The notes: generated by a model not told the origin, from the sequence alone. Shown: positions 52,506 to 64,000, counted from the first letter of the stretch. The stretch: DNA of 64,000 bases from an uncultured delta proteobacterium (GCA_963789265.1 CAWBKB010000003.1:736001-800000); one strand, 5' to 3'. Translations and numbers: made by a program.

Positions 52506-52947
52506 AAGCTTTTGGATGGAGGGTGAAAAGATTATACGGCGCACCTTTTGTAGAATCCTTTTGGGCAGTAGCTAAGAATAATGTCCGTCACCCATCCGAT
52601 GCGGAAAATTCTAAACGCTTACCGTGAGCAGATACTTCTGTTATTCCTAACTAGAGCCGAAACTCATACTGCGAAGCGCGGGACCGCGCCGGACCGCGAT
52701 CCGGGTCCTGCGTGATCTTGCCAAATGCAAAGCTGTTCTCGCAACTTCCTCAAAAAAACTTGGCAATTGCTATAGCGCCCGCTAAAATAACATATTCTTG
52801 CATTAACCTTATTTGCTCGGATTTCCCTGAGGCATAAATTGCCGGAGTTTGCGAAAGATTTTCTCGCGTGGGCAGAAATTGTCCCACCCGGGCCGGTTCA
52901 AATCATGACGAATCTAACGGGAGTGCTCCCGGGAGGAGGGCTTTCGA

Positions 52948-54666
52948 GTGAATCTCAGCCGCCGCATCGTTGAGCTAATTCGACCCGACGCGCCGTGGGA
53001 CGGTCCGGAATTCCGAAGGCGAGTGGAATGGCTGATGCTGCTCAGGTTGATAGTGACCACCCTATTACTGGGAATCACTATTGTTTTTCAGCTTAGGACA
53101 AGCGGCGACTATGTCGTTAATCCGGCCACGCCTCTGTACATTCTAATTGGGACAACTTTTTTACTCAGTCTCATATATGCCGTTTCGCTTCCTTTAATCC
53201 CTGATACCTGGATGTTTTCCTATTTCCAGGTGATGGTGGATGTGGTTTACGCCACAGTCTTAATCCACTTTACCGGTGGCGCTTCCAGCATTTTTACACT
53301 GCTGTACATTTTTCCCATCATCACGTCGGGGATTTTGCACATGCGCCGCGGGGCGTTGCTCACCGCTGCGGTGACTTCAGTGCTGTTCGGGCTTCTGATT
53401 AATTTCGAATACTACCGTCTCATTCCGCAAAGTGACTGGCCCTGGGTGAGTCCTTGGGGCAAAGAGACTGCCGGGCATCTGCTTTGGATCCTGGTGATAC
53501 ATTTTACATTCTTTTTTCTGGTGGCGATCCTTGCGAGTACCAGTGCAGAGCAGCTCCAAAAAATTAAGATCTCTTTGACCAGGCGAGAAAGCGATTATCA
53601 AAGGCTCTCAGATTTGTATACAAGTATTGTACGATCAATTCCAACCGGCATCATAACTACAAATGAGATGGACCGAATCACTTTCGTGAATTCGGCGGGA
53701 ACTGTGTTATTGGCCGCATCCCCGGCAGATCTCGTGGGCGTCCGTCTGAAGCAGATTTTTCCTGTTGTTGACAAAGGACTGAGAACAAGCGGGGTGAGGC
53801 GAGAGAGTTATTTGACCGTCAAGGAGATTGACGGTGACAAAAGGCAGATGGAACTGACGGTTTCAGATCTCCGGAGCGAGGACAATATTCCGAGCGGCAG
53901 GCTGGTGGTCTTCCAGGACGTGACCCTGGTCCGTAAGATGGAGGAGCGGGTGAAACTTAGCGAAAAACAGGCAGCATTCGTTAGGATAGCTGCCGGCATG
54001 GCCCACGAAATACGCAACCCCCTCGCGTCATTACGGGGAGCCACGGAACTTCTCTCGGAGACCACTTTCGGTCCTAATGACCAAAAGAAGCTCCTCGGAA
54101 TCGTCCTTCGTGAAGCGGACCGTTTGAACTCATTGCTGGGGGACTTTCTTCTGACCGTGGGTATTCAACAACCTCAGAAGGCAAGAGTGATGCTCACCGA
54201 TCTAATTGAGGAAACCGTGGATCTTTTTTCAAGCCAATCTAGGGTAAGACTAAACCTGTCTTTGGAAACTCTGATCCATAAGGGAGTAGAAGTAGAAGGG
54301 GATTCCGCCAAGCTCAAACAGGCGGTATGGAATCTCTTCGAAAATGCACTGGATGCTACGCCGGATTACGGAGTGATCAGAGTTGTCCTGGAGGCAGAGC
54401 CGGAATCGGGGCAGGCAATTCTCAAGGTCGAGGACTCGGGTCAGGGAATACCCCCAGAGGCTAGGGACCGAATTTTCGAACCCTTCACTACCACGAAGGG
54501 GAAAGGGACAGGACTAGGTTTGTCGCTTGTTCTGAGCATAGTGGAAGCCCATAGCGGTACAGTCGAAGTGGAAAGCGCTTTAGGGAAGGGGAGCCGTTTC
54601 ATTATAAGGCTTCCGCTGGCCTCGCCAAAAGCCGTTGCGGGAGACGGAGGACCCGATAATGGTTGA
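52948..54666 (+). CDS. PilS-like membrane sensor histidine kinase
   Basis: About 6 TM segments, PAS-like region, AHEIRNPL, DSGQGI, FTTKGKGTGLGL. Confidence 0.88.
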   Translation: MNLSRRIVELIRPDAPWDGPEFRRRVEWLMLLRLIVTTLLLGITIVFQLRTSGDYVVNPATPLYILIGTTFLLSLIYAVSLPLIPDTWMFSYFQVMVDVVYATVLIHFTGGASSIFTLLYIFPIITSGILHMRRGALLTAAVTSVLFGLLINFEYYRLIPQSDWPWVSPWGKETAGHLLWILVIHFTFFFLVAILASTSAEQLQKIKISLTRRESDYQRLSDLYTSIVRSIPTGIITTNEMDRITFVNSAGTVLLAASPADLVGVRLKQIFPVVDKGLRTSGVRRESYLTVKEIDGDKRQMELTVSDLRSEDNIPSGRLVVFQDVTLVRKMEERVKLSEKQAAFVRIAAGMAHEIRNPLASLRGATELLSETTFGPNDQKKLLGIVLREADRLNSLLGDFLLTVGIQQPQKARVMLTDLIEETVDLFSSQSRVRLNLSLETLIHKGVEVEGDSAKLKQAVWNLFENALDATPDYGVIRVVLEAEPESGQAILKVEDSGQGIPPEARDRIFEPFTTTKGKGTGLGLSLVLSIVEAHSGTVEVESALGKGSRFIIRLPLASPKAVAGDGGPDNG

Positions 54667-56050
54667 GCGACTCCTGATAGTGGATGACGAACCGAGCATG
54701 AGGGAGTTTCTCGAGATCATGCTTTCGCAAGAAGGCTATCAGGTCCTAAGCGCTTCCACCGGAGAGGAAGGATTTGAAACATACCGGACGGAAGAGCCCG
54801 ACCTGGTGCTTACTGACGTGAAGATGCCCGGTATGAGCGGTTTGGATTTGATCAGAGAAATACACTCCTTGGATCCCGGGACCCCGATCATCGCCATAAC
54901 GGCCTATGCATCCGCGGATGATGCGGTACGTGCGGTCCGAGAAGGAGCTTATGACTACCTGTCCAAGCCGTTCAAGATAGAAGATTTGCGTATCATCATC
55001 CGCAATGCGCTGGAAGCTCAACGGCTTCGCCGCGAGAATCTGGAGCTGAGGCAATCAATAGAGGGACGATACCGATTTGGCGACATCGTTGGAAAATCTC
55101 ATCAGATGGTTGAAATTTTCGATCTCGTATCTCGGGTGGCGCCTTCCAAGGCGGGCGTTCTCATAATGGGGGAATCGGGAACGGGAAAGGAACTGATCGC
55201 AAAGGCCATCCACTACAATTCGCCCAGGGCCGGCAAACCTTTTGTAACCGTAAATTGTACGGCCATAGTGGAGAACCTCTTGGAGTCGGAAATGTTCGGC
55301 CATCAGAAAGGCTCGTTCACCGGAGCTGTATCCAACAAAGTGGGCCTGGTGGAAGCAGCCCACACAGGGTCGTTGTTCCTGGATGAGGTCGGCGAAATGC
55401 CCCAGTCGATCCAAGTCAAACTTCTGCGCTTCCTTCAGGAAAGGGAATTCCGGCGAGTCGGCGGCATCGACGACAAAAAAATAGACGTCAGGGTGATCGC
55501 GGCGACCAACAAAGAATTGGAAAAGGAGATGGAAGCGGGCAAATTTCGTGAAGACCTCTATTACCGCCTGAATGTCATTCGCATACGGCTGCCCCCGTTG
55601 CGGGAGCGTGAAGAAGACATTCCGTTGCTGATAGATCATTTTCGCAAGAAATTTGCCAAAGAACAGGGTAAGAAGATTGTAAAGGTATCCTCGCTCGCCA
55701 TGCGGGTCCTTTGCAATTACAGTTTCCCGGGCAACGTGAGAGAGTTGCAGAATGTCATTGAGCGCTGCGTCACCCTCGAGCAGTCAGACCAGCTCACGGC
55801 GGAGAATCTTCCGCCCAAGCTTTTCGAGTCAGGCAGTTCAGTCGGCATGTCGACCGAACTGGATATACCGCCCGAAGGAATAGATCTCAACAGTGCCGTT
55901 GAAAACATGGAAAGAAAGTTGATTGGCCGAGCCCTCTATATCACGGGCGGCAATAGGTCCAAGGCTGCTAAACTGCTGAGCATTTCATTTCGGTCCCTGC
56001 GCTACCGTCTATTGAAGCTTGGTATGGATAATGCCGAAAGCGCCGAATGA
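54659..56050 (+). CDS. Sigma54-dependent response regulator (PilR/NtrC family)
   Basis: REC domain, [24 protein letters not shown]-terminal [13 protein letters not shown]. Confidence 0.92.
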   Translation: MVERLLIVDDEPSMREFLEIMLSQEGYQVLSASTGEEGFETYRTEEPDLVLTDVKMPGMSGLDLIREIHSLDPGTPIIAITAYASADDAVRAVREGAYDYLSKPFKIEDLRIIIRNALEAQRLRRENLELRQSIEGRYRFGDIVGKSHQMVEIFDLVSRVAPSKAGVLIMGESGTGKELIAKAIHYNSPRAGKPFVTVNCTAIVENLLESEMFGHQKGSFTGAVSNKVGLVEAAHTGSLFLDEVGEMPQSIQVKLLRFLQEREFRRVGGIDDKKIDVRVIAATNKELEKEMEAGKFREDLYYRLNVIRIRLPPLREREEDIPLLIDHFRKKFAKEQGKKIVKVSSLAMRVLCNYSFPGNVRELQNVIERCVTLEQSDQLTAENLPPKLFESGSSVGMSTELDIPPEGIDLNSAVENMERKLIGRALYITGGNRSKAAKLLSISFRSLRYRLLKLGMDNAESAE

Positions 56051-56082
56051 CAACCTCTCCTGATCCTGGAAAGGAAGGTGAT

Positions 56083-56875
56083 ATGCGGGATTACGCTATC
56101 ATTTTGGCCGCCGATCTTCCGACTGCTGACGAAGTTCTTTCCACGGTGAAGAAGGTGGGGGCGATCGTAGACGGAGTAAAGGTGGGAGTGGCAACGCTCC
56201 TCGAGGCCGGCAAGAGCATTCTCGGCAGAATTCGTGATGTGATTCAAGACGATCCGCTACTAGTTGACCTGAAGATAGCGGACATTGGGTTTATGGGGCA
56301 CGGCGCGTGGCAGGGAACCAATTCCAAGATCATCAAAGGGCTCGAGAATTCAGGGGCCACGCATGTCACGGTCCAGGGATTTCCGGGCCCTGTTTCAGTG
56401 GCCGAGGCAATAGGTTCGGCCACTGAATGCGGGATAAGGACCCTTCTTCTACCCCTCATGAGCCACGAGGGGGCCGGTCTGTTCCTTTTCCCGGCCTGTC
56501 GACCATTCTTCTGTGGCGCTCGCTGTCTCAAAAGCCGGACTGGAAGTCCATATTCCTGATCATCTTCCATGTCGCGACATCACCGAAGGGATATTGCTTC
56601 TGGGTGAGGCGTTAGATGCGGATGGTTATATCGGGCCTGCAACGCGACCACTGGATCTGCAACGCTTTCGTTCCATAACTGAGCGCCGTATATGGTGTCC
56701 CGGATTCGGCCGGCAAGATAGAGAAGGTAGAAGCCTCAACGAACAGTTCAGGCAATGGGCCGCGGTCGTTGGCCCTGTTTCGGCTGCTATAGTAGGTTCA
56801 ACTATATTCAATGCTCAGGACCCTGAGGACGCGGCTAGACAGATCGTGGATGTTCGTGACGAAGCCACGACGTGA
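56083..56875 (+). CDS. Orotidine-5'-phosphate decarboxylase/HUMPS family protein, split by an apparent 1-nt insertion at 56484-56485
   Basis: DLKIADI (DxKxxD), LMSH, GPATRP, PGFGRQ; removing one C joins the two ORFs (GLFFSRPVDHSSVALAVSK). Confidence 0.78.
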
Positions 56876-56999
56876 AGCCGCAGCAGGTGTTTGGGCTGTT
56901 TGAAACCAAGATTGCGTTTCTGACTTCTTGCTCAAGACGAATTTAACAACTTGGGGAACTTGCGATCAGAACCATTTATCGGCCGGGCGGTATTTTGTC

Positions 57000-57458
57000 A
57001 TGGGAAATCTCTTGAAAGGCACGGAGATCGTTAGTTCGGCCGAGGGCCTGATTTCAGCCAAGAAGCAGCAAGGCGAGTTTTCGTTCGACCTTACGGTGAA
57101 TGCAATCAGCATAGTGAACCGGGGTGGATCGCTGGATTTCGGAGGGAGTGAATATCAGGAGGCATCGATCTCATTCGTGGAGCCTGAAAAGAAGACGCCT
57201 GACGAGCCTTACGGGTGGTGGGATCTGGACGCGGGAGTCTATTTGATATTCTACAATGAGAAAATAAAGATCCCCCCCGGGGGACTCATTATGGTTTTGC
57301 CCCATCAGAGACTGTTGGCGGCCGGAGCATCGCACTCCACATTGATCCTCGAAAACTTCGATCAAAAAACCTGCGTGCCGATTCACATCGGGCTGGAAGG
57401 ACTGAAGATTAAGCAAAATGCGCGGGTCTCAAAGGCCATAGTTTTAATGAGTGGATAA
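57000..57458 (+). CDS. dCTP deaminase/dUTPase superfamily protein
   Basis: FDLTV, WWDLDAGVYLIFYNE, IKQNARVS resemble short trimeric dUTPase-fold proteins. Confidence 0.65.
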   Translation: MGNLLKGTEIVSSAEGLISAKKQQGEFSFDLTVNAISIVNRGGSLDFGGSEYQEASISFVEPEKKTPDEPYGWWDLDAGVYLIFYNEKIKIPPGGLIMVLPHQRLLAAGASHSTLILENFDQKTCVPIHIGLEGLKIKQNARVSKAIVLMSG

Positions 57459-57716
57459 CCCTTCGCAACCGCACCTGATTTTCCCGGACACCGGGCTTGA
57501 CGCGTACCTGTCCTGGCATGATAGATGTTGCATTCAGCTTGCTTCAACATACCAAGATCGTGGAAATACAGGTGATCGCGGGAGCACATTAACAATAATA
57601 TGCGCACATCGATGGGAACCTGCAGATTTTGCATTTGCAACATTTACCCTCCCCTGCCGTAACTACAACGGTCCAAGTCTCGTTATTAGCCTTTCCAATA
57701 GTGAGCCCGAACGTCG

Positions 57717-57745
57717 TTGACTTTTATATGATGATTAGCTATACT
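57717..57745 (+). promoter_or_regulatory. Sigma70-type promoter for the tolC-like operon
   Basis: TTGACT-N17-TATACT. Confidence 0.65.
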
Positions 57746-57858
57746 TAGTTCCACCATTTTAGGCCTGAAGTGCGTTTCTTTTTTGGTGTTTATTTGCTGC
57801 ATGTTGCAATGAGTCCCTCTATTCAATCTTAGAGTGGGCGTTAAGGTGTGGGAAATAC

Positions 57859-59238
57859 GTGTCAACTTTTATCCCATGGGCTGTCAAGAATTCGCCGCGT
57901 TCCAAGAACGGGCCTGTCCTGAAGCTGGGGTTAAACTTCAGCCGGGGGGGCCGTCTCCTGGTTATGCTTGCAGCCTGCTTCTTCCTGTGGCCTCAGGCCT
58001 TGTCGGCATCCTCGGGGGCAAAAGCAAGAGCGCAAGCCTATGCTTATTTTGATTTTCCCACCTGCGTGCGGTATGCGCTTGAACACTCGGAAGTTTTCTT
58101 GAGAAATCGCATCGATATACAAATTGCGTCCGCTGACCTCAAAGACGCCCATGCTCAACTTCTCCCCAGGCTTGAAATTGTAACCCAATATTATCTCGCC
58201 AGTGCCTACCAACTTGACAATCCTCTGAGCATCGACCTTTACGTGCAAGACTGGAATCCGCTCCTCGCCCTGCTAAAAATAAAATCTAACGGCATATTGG
58301 TGGATATTGGTAGGATTACTCATTACGATAAAATTGCAGACAATATTTCCAAGATGGCCACGATTTTTTATCGCATCCATATCCTGGAAAAGACGATTCG
58401 AGCGCGCAAGCAACTGCTCGCGCTTCAGCAGGACAAGGTGAGTTACGGCAAGAGTCGAAACGTGCAAGGGGCCATGGATCAATTGGAGCTGAGGGTATGG
58501 ACGAACAAGATGAAGGAAGAACATATTAAGCTCAAGGATTTAGAGACCGAACTGCTGGATAAAATGGGCCAGCTTAAGATGCTCATGGGCTATCATCCTG
58601 ATTATTACCTTCCCCTTGATACTCGCGACGCGGCCGATCAGATTCTTGCAGGGTTTAACGGTCAATTGGTTACGTTCCCCGAAATTCAGGGGTCCAATCT
58701 CGGCTTGAAAATTTTGGCCAAAAAAGAACAACTCCAGTCGAACTTAGTCACCGGAGCGTACGTTGCTCTTGTACCAAAGCCGGTTCTGGTCCTGGAGAAT
58801 ATATCAAATACGATAGACCGGTCAAACGGGTTCAACTTGGCCTTGGGGATGGACTATACGCTCTGGGACGGATTCAAGCGAGTGCGAGACATCAAGAGAC
58901 AGAAAATGAAGGCAGAGCAGGTGAAAATAGACCGCAATCAATATTCGGAGGATCTCTATAACAAGTTCAGAAACTTAAGGGAAAAGCTTGATTTGGCTGG
59001 AGAGAAGGAAGTATTTTATCGCGAACAAGCTCGACTTGCCGAAATGACCGAAGAGAAAGCCTTCCTCCAATACAAGGCTGGAGACATCCCATACGATCAG
59101 TACGTGGAGAAGCGTCTTGAAAAGGTGGAGGCGAATATCGATTCGATCGGAAGCCTTGAAGGAAGGGTAACGTCCCTGATTGATCTCGCCACTATTGCAG
59201 GAGGTTTAAATAAGTACAATGCCGGAATTCGATACTGA
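57859..59238 (+). CDS. TolC-family outer membrane efflux protein (start uncertain)
   Basis: Signal region, helical repeats, LLPRLEI, DYTLWDGF; overlaps the adaptor gene. Confidence 0.75.
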   Translation: MSTFIPWAVKNSPRSKNGPVLKLGLNFSRGGRLLVMLAACFFLWPQALSASSGAKARAQAYAYFDFPTCVRYALEHSEVFLRNRIDIQIASADLKDAHAQLLPRLEIVTQYYLASAYQLDNPLSIDLYVQDWNPLLALLKIKSNGILVDIGRITHYDKIADNISKMATIFYRIHILEKTIRARKQLLALQQDKVSYGKSRNVQGAMDQLELRVWTNKMKEEHIKLKDLETELLDKMGQLKMLMGYHPDYYLPLDTRDAADQILAGFNGQLVTFPEIQGSNLGLKILAKKEQLQSNLVTGAYVALVPKPVLVLENISNTIDRSNGFNLALGMDYTLWDGFKRVRDIKRQKMKAEQVKIDRNQYSEDLYNKFRNLREKLDLAGEKEVFYREQARLAEMTEEKAFLQYKAGDIPYDQYVEKRLEKVEANIDSIGSLEGRVTSLIDLATIAGGLNKYNAGIRY

Positions 59239-60316
59239 CAAACCCCGACGACTGGCAAAAGCGTTCGGTGTCCTTCTGGCGACTTTTGTGGCTATTGCCT
59301 CGCTGGTCCTGGTGGCGATTACGCACGAGCCAAAGAGTGCAGTTTCCAGTCCTGGTCCGGCAAAGGGCACCATTGTCCCGCAGATCGCGAATGCCAAATC
59401 CGAGACAGAGATCGTTTTTCGAGGAAAGAGTTTCGCAATTGTTAAGCGGAACTTGATTTTTCACTTCTCCGGCGAAGTAGTCGACGTTTCTGTAAAGGAT
59501 GGGCAAGAAGTCAAGAAGGGAGATAAGCTGGCCACCTACGAACTTGACCGTGAGGCAATGATACATGTCCATAAAGTGCTTTATCCAGAGCAAGTGATCT
59601 CCTTGAAGCAGTCGCTGTACGATGAACAGATTAAATTGGAAAAACTGAACAAAGTGAGCCTCGCGACAAAAAAACTCGGTGTAGAAAGAATTGAAAAGGA
59701 ACTCTCGGATTTACGTGAACTGCAAGCCAGAGGAATGGCCGGAACAGAAGCGGTCAGGAATAAGAACCGCGAGCTTGAGCAAGCCAAGAAAGATATCCTG
59801 GACATCGAGGAATCCATCAAACAGAGTCGGGCGAGTCTTGCCAAGACACGGGAAGACCTTCAATTCTACCAGGACAAGCAGAAAAGAGACCTCGACTTGC
59901 TGGAATGGCAAACCAAACGCTCTTACCCGGACCCGAAACTTCCTCAGAACACGGCATTTCTGAAGGCCCCCATCTCGGGGCACGTTGTATGGATATCTCC
60001 GGATCTCACTGTGAAGGCGGAAACCGAAAAAGATTTTCATGCGATGACTTTGGCTCCGATGAACCCAATGGTGGTTCGCTGCAAGGTCCACGAGCTCGAC
60101 CTGGTAAAGTTGAAGCCAGGGGATCGAGGAACTATTGTCTTTGACGCGATGCCGGACAGGAAGTATCCTTGCACAGTAAGCAGGATCCCATGGATTAGCA
60201 TAAATCCGGCTTTGGAAGTTCCTGCCGATTACGACATAGAATGTACACTCGAGAATCCGGACGGGAAGATCAAGGACGGCCTGACCGGCAATGTGAGGAT
60301 CAGTGTTGCAGAATGA
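59219..60316 (+). CDS. Periplasmic adaptor/membrane fusion protein (HlyD/RND MFP)
   Basis: SGEVVDVSVKDGQEVKKGDKL, coiled coil, LKAPISGHV, IKDGLTGNV. Confidence 0.85.
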   Translation: MPEFDTDKPRRLAKAFGVLLATFVAIASLVLVAITHEPKSAVSSPGPAKGTIVPQIANAKSETEIVFRGKSFAIVKRNLIFHFSGEVVDVSVKDGQEVKKGDKLATYELDREAMIHVHKVLYPEQVISLKQSLYDEQIKLEKLNKVSLATKKLGVERIEKELSDLRELQARGMAGTEAVRNKNRELEQAKKDILDIEESIKQSRASLAKTREDLQFYQDKQKRDLDLLEWQTKRSYPDPKLPQNTAFLKAPISGHVVWISPDLTVKAETEKDFHAMTLAPMNPMVVRCKVHELDLVKLKPGDRGTIVFDAMPDRKYPCTVSRIPWISINPALEVPADYDIECTLENPDGKIKDGLTGNVRISVAE

Positions 60317-60764
60317 TTGCCGACGCCTTACGTTCGGCCCGGTCCCCGAGACACGTGGGATTTCCTGACTTTGTCGCCCCCTAAATGACTTAAGCAATCC
60401 GGCCATGAATTCGGGCAATTCACCTGCCTTGTCTTCGGTTCCGCCACAAGTCGTTTATTTCAGTGTGGACCGCTTGTCCTTGTTGTGGACTTATGCCAAT
60501 GAGCTGTTTAGCATGTGATACAGCCGCAAGCGGGAACGATCACAGTGTCGCGCCGATCTCATGACTGTGGTTCAGTTTTGCCGTTAGTAGCGTAAGAGGT
60601 CCGCCTGAAACAGCAGGAACTACTGTGCGGAAGCATCACTCGATTGAAAGCGCATCGGCATTATTTTTTTACGAGTCCATCAATCCCGCGCCGGACGGGA
60701 AAAGCGTTTCCCGCGACCTTGGTTTATAGGTTTGCATTGATGCAATTTGAATGGTTTCAAAGTT

Positions 60765-61953
60765 ATGACTATGCTCGCACTGATGCTCGCCGTTTGGCTT
60801 TCCGCAACTATTGTGGCCTTTTGTCTCGTGATAGCGATTGGTCTCGGTGAAGATACAACGCACATTGCTCAAGGCACCTGGCGAGGCGACCACTACTTGC
60901 CTCCAGCCTCTTGAAGTCATTGTTCCGCTCAAAGGAATTATCGCAGGCCAGGAGTATGCGCTGAGATCCTTGTTGGAACAGGACTATCCCGGCTATCGAC
61001 TGATTTTCGTTCTGGAGAGTGAACTCGACCCTGCCAATCCGGTAGTGGACAAGCTCCTTGACCAATATCCTTTCGCGCATAAGGTCATTGGGGGCATTGC
61101 TTTTTCCTGTGCTCAGAAAAATCACAACCTGCTGGCGGGCTTGAGAAGTGTTAGACCGAATACCGAAATCCTCGTATTTTGCGATAGTACCAGCCTGGCC
61201 GACCCTGGTTGGTTGCGGCGTTTTACCGGACCCTTGTGTAACGGCGATTGCGCTGTAGTCACGACCTTCAGAGCCTTTCATCTTGATCCCGCGACGATAG
61301 GCGGAGTTTGCCAGGCCATGTATGCTTCGTTCATCAGGCTCATTGCAGCCATCAAACCCAAGCCGTGGGGAGGCGCAACGGCAATTAAGCGCGAGACTTT
61401 TGAAGAACTGAACATACCTGAAGTGTGGTCTAGGACAATAGTAGACGATTTGGTTCTGGGCAATGCCCTGGATTGTGCCGGCATTAAGGTGAAAATGGAC
61501 CAGTACAACCTACTCGAATCGCCCCTGCAAATGCAGTCCGTAGCAGGGTTTTTGAGCTATTTGGATCGACAGATTCTATTTCCCAAGTTCACCAATCCCG
61601 GGATATGGGCGGGGACGCTCCTGTTCCATTTGAATTTGACTCTTGCGGTTGTCGCTGCCGTATTCATAGGCGCTCTTTTCCCGGCCGGACAGGCAGATAC
61701 CCTTTGCGGATGGTTGTCGTGTGGGTTACTTATTGTCGTGGCTGCAGGCGTTCTACTCCTCTGGAGGATCAATCCATCCACAATTTCAATCGAACGCTGG
61801 CTGATTTCATTCTTTCCCTGTATTTTCCTCAGCGCATTCGTTTTTCTGCGCTCCATTGTCCGGAACTATATAGACTGGCATGGGCGAAGATATTGGCCTG
61901 GAAAAGGAGGTGTAGTGTTGGAGACGGCTTTCGAGACCGAAAGGGGGGATTGA
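60765..61953 (+). CDS. Membrane glycosyltransferase (GT2/GT21, ceramide glucosyltransferase/HpnI-like), with an apparent 1-nt insertion at 60846-60847
   Basis: IVPLKG, QDYP, KNHNL, FCDS, VDDL, RQ. The N-terminal TM helix (MTMLALMLAVWLSATIVAFCLVIAIGL) from ATG 60765 lies in another frame and is joined by removing one G. Confidence 0.8.
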
Positions 61954-62167
61954 AGTTAATGAACGAGCAGCTTTTTGTGGTCGGATTAATGCTCGTTTCT
62001 TCATGGTAATGGTCACATCCGGGAATTGAAGTTGGAGTGAATCAGCATTACTGCCCCTTGAACGGCCGCGCATAGCATGTTCGTGCGCTTTATAAGAACT
62101 CCTTGCTTGACAGGGCATTCGAGCATGTCCAAATCGAAAAAGAGGGGCCTATCGGAGTGGGCGAGCT

Positions 62168-64000
62168 ATGAAAAAACCTAAGGACTTGAACAAAAGAACA
62201 TCTTTTTCGATAATTTATATTTTGCTGGCTTTGCTTATCTTCTTGCTACTTCAGACATGGCTTGCGCCGAATGTGAAGAATGTCTCTTACACTCAGTTCA
62301 TGAAGCTGATAGACCAAGGAAAAATCAACTCCGTTGTGATCTCGAAAACCTATCTCAAGGGATACGAAAAGATCCAGCATGAGAAGAAAGAGCCCCTATT
62401 CCCGCATTTGATGTATATGACCCCCCGCGTACAAGACCGAAATCTTTTGGACTTTCTCGAAAAACATAAGGTCGACATCATTGGTGAGAATGAGAACACA
62501 TTTCTCATGGCAGTACTTTCCTGGGTCCTTCCCGCTCTTATCTTTGTGGGCATTTGGCTTTGGGCCATGAGAAGGATGGGCCAAGGGACAGGAATCATGA
62601 CTCTTGGCAAAAGCAAGGCCAAAATTGTGGCCCAGACCGACGTGGGCATTACTTTTAATGACGTAGCCGGGCAGGATGAGGCCAAACAGGAACTACGGGA
62701 GATTCTAGAGTTTCTCCAAAACCCGACGAAATTTACGCGGCTCGGAGCAAAGATACCCAAAGGAGTTCTATTGGTAGGACCACCCGGTACAGGGAAAACC
62801 CTCCTGGCTAAAGCGGTGGCGGGCGAGGCCGGTGTGCCGTTCTTCTCGATCAGCGGCTCCGATTTTATTGAGATGTTTGTGGGGTTAGGCGCGGCCAGGG
62901 TAAGGGATCTCTTCGAGCAGGCCGGAAAATTGGCTCCATGCCTGGTTTTCATAGATGAACTCGATGCGTTGGGCAAGGCCCACGGTACCGGCTACATGGG
63001 CAGCCACGATGAACGCGAGCAGACGCTTAACCAACTCCTGGTTGAGATGGATGGATTTGCCCCCAACCAGGGGGTCGTTATTATCGCGGCAACCAACAGG
63101 CCCGAAATACTGGACCCGGCACTTCTTAGGCCCGGCAGATTCGATCGCCACATTCTGGTGGACCGCCCGGATCTGGTGGACAGAGTCGAGATCCTGAAGG
63201 TTCATACCCGCACCGTGATTCTTTCGTTGAGCGTGGATCTCGAAGTCATTGCTCGCCGGCCCCCCGGCTTCACGGGAGCGGATCTGGCGAATCTCGTGAA
63301 CGAGGCGGCTTTACTTGCAGCTCGAAAAGGAAAGGAGAATGTCGGTCCCCAGGAGTTTGAAGAGGGAATAGACCGAATCGTTGCAGGACTCGAAAAGAAG
63401 AATAGAGTGCTAAATGAAAAGGAAAAAAAGACGGTGGCGTACCACGAAACAGGTCATGCTCTTGTGGCCGTGTTCCGTCCCACTGCGGAAAAGGTACATA
63501 AGATCACCATCGTGCCAAGAGGCATAGGGGCTCTGGGGTTCACCTTACAGTTGCCCACGGAAGACCGCTATCTTATGTCCCGGAATGAGCTTCTGGAGAA
63601 GATCGACGTACTTCTTGGAGGTCGTGCGGCTGAAACAATAATTTTCGGCGACATCACTACGGGCGCTCAAAATGACTTGCAGAAAGCAACGGACGTGGCC
63701 CGTAGCATGGTGACACTTTACGGCATGACCGATCATTTAGGGGCTGTTGCTTATCAACAAACCCCGAATCCTTTTCTCCAACAGCAAGGCATACCCCAGC
63801 AGAGAGAGGTCAGCGAGGAGACGGCCCGCTTGATAGACCAGGAAGTAAGGACTATTATAGAATCTCGGTTAGAAGGCGTCATAAAGACGCTCCGCGAGCA
63901 TGAGAATCTGCTTCATCTAGTGGCCGGCAAACTCCTCGAAAAGGAGACTCTGGAGGGGGAGGAATTCATGGAGCTTGTTGAAAAGAAATCCGCCCAACAG
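62168..64000 (+). CDS. ftsH: ATP-dependent zinc metalloprotease FtsH (3' end beyond the window)
   Basis: Manual translation: two TM segments, [40 protein letters not shown] zinc motif; no stop before 64000. Confidence 0.95.
   Translation, partial: MKKPKDLNKRTSFSIIYILLALLIFLLLQTWLAPNVKNVSYTQFMKLIDQGKINSVVISKTYLKGYEKIQHEKKEPLFPHLMYMTPRVQDRNLLDFLEKHKVDIIGENENTFLMAVLSWVLPALIFVGIWLWAMRRMGQGTGIMTLGKSKAKIVAQTDVGITFNDVAGQDEAKQELREILEFLQNPTKFTRLGAKIPKGVLLVGPPGTGKTLLAKAVAGEAGVPFFSISGSDFIEMFVGLGAARVRDLFEQAGKLAPCLVFIDELDALGKAHGTGYMGSHDEREQTLNQLLVEMDGFAPNQGVVIIAATNRPEILDPALLRPGRFDRHILVDRPDLVDRVEILKVHTRTVILSLSVDLEVIARRPPGFTGADLANLVNEAALLAARKGKENVGPQEFEEGIDRIVAGLEKKNRVLNEKEKKTVAYHETGHALVAVFRPTAEKVHKITIVPRGIGALGFTLQLPTEDRYLMSRNELLEKIDVLLGGRAAETIIFGDITTGAQNDLQKATDVARSMVTLYGMTDHLGAVAYQQTPNPFLQQQGIPQQREVSEETARLIDQEVRTIIESRLEGVIKTLREHENLLHLVAGKLLEKETLEGEEFMELVEKKSAQQ

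Noticed and set aside
52760..52780. Sigma54 promoter-like TGGCA...GC before the sensor kinase
   Set aside because: The GG-to-GC spacing is 11 nt, not the required 10.
12415..60847. Programmed frameshifting or phase variation at the five broken genes
   Set aside because: No slippery heptamers or long repeat tracts at the sites; the uniform single-base duplications fit sequencing error better.
62350..63736. ORF-track entries in the last 1.7 kb
   Set aside because: They are alternative-frame or antisense shadows of ftsH, which is open from 62168 to the window end.
1..64000. CRISPR array, tRNA, rRNA or intact transposase
   Set aside because: No regularly spaced direct repeats with unique spacers, no cloverleaf or rRNA signature, and no transposase ORF recognised.

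Overview
About 64 kb of a bacterial chromosome. The gene content (HdrA-like flavoprotein, DVU0772-family protein, PilS/PilR-like pair, LutB) suggests an anaerobic Desulfobacterota/deltaproteobacterium; this is inference only. The core is a ~17 kb aromatic amino acid supercluster: aroF-tyrA-aroA-aroE-aroC-aroKB on the minus strand, and pheA, aroQ and trpEGDCFBA on the plus strand. Two leader-peptide attenuators missed by the ORF track control it. One is a Trp-rich leader (NWWWCW) before trpE. The other, before aroF, carries a run of all three aromatic residues (RYFWWYYF). Other unusual genes are a rubredoxin-GAF-class III nucleotide cyclase, an SCP2-like lipid-binding domain fused to a single-chain ThDP E1 alpha/beta next to an SDR, and a solitary 1098-aa nuclease-N6 methyltransferase. 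Intergenic DNA is dense with MITE-like and REP-like elements, including a 17-nt palindrome (TCCCGCG-N3-CGCGGGA) embedded in several unrelated repeat families. Five genes carry single-base insertions that look like assembly errors. I found no rRNA, tRNA, CRISPR array or transposase.
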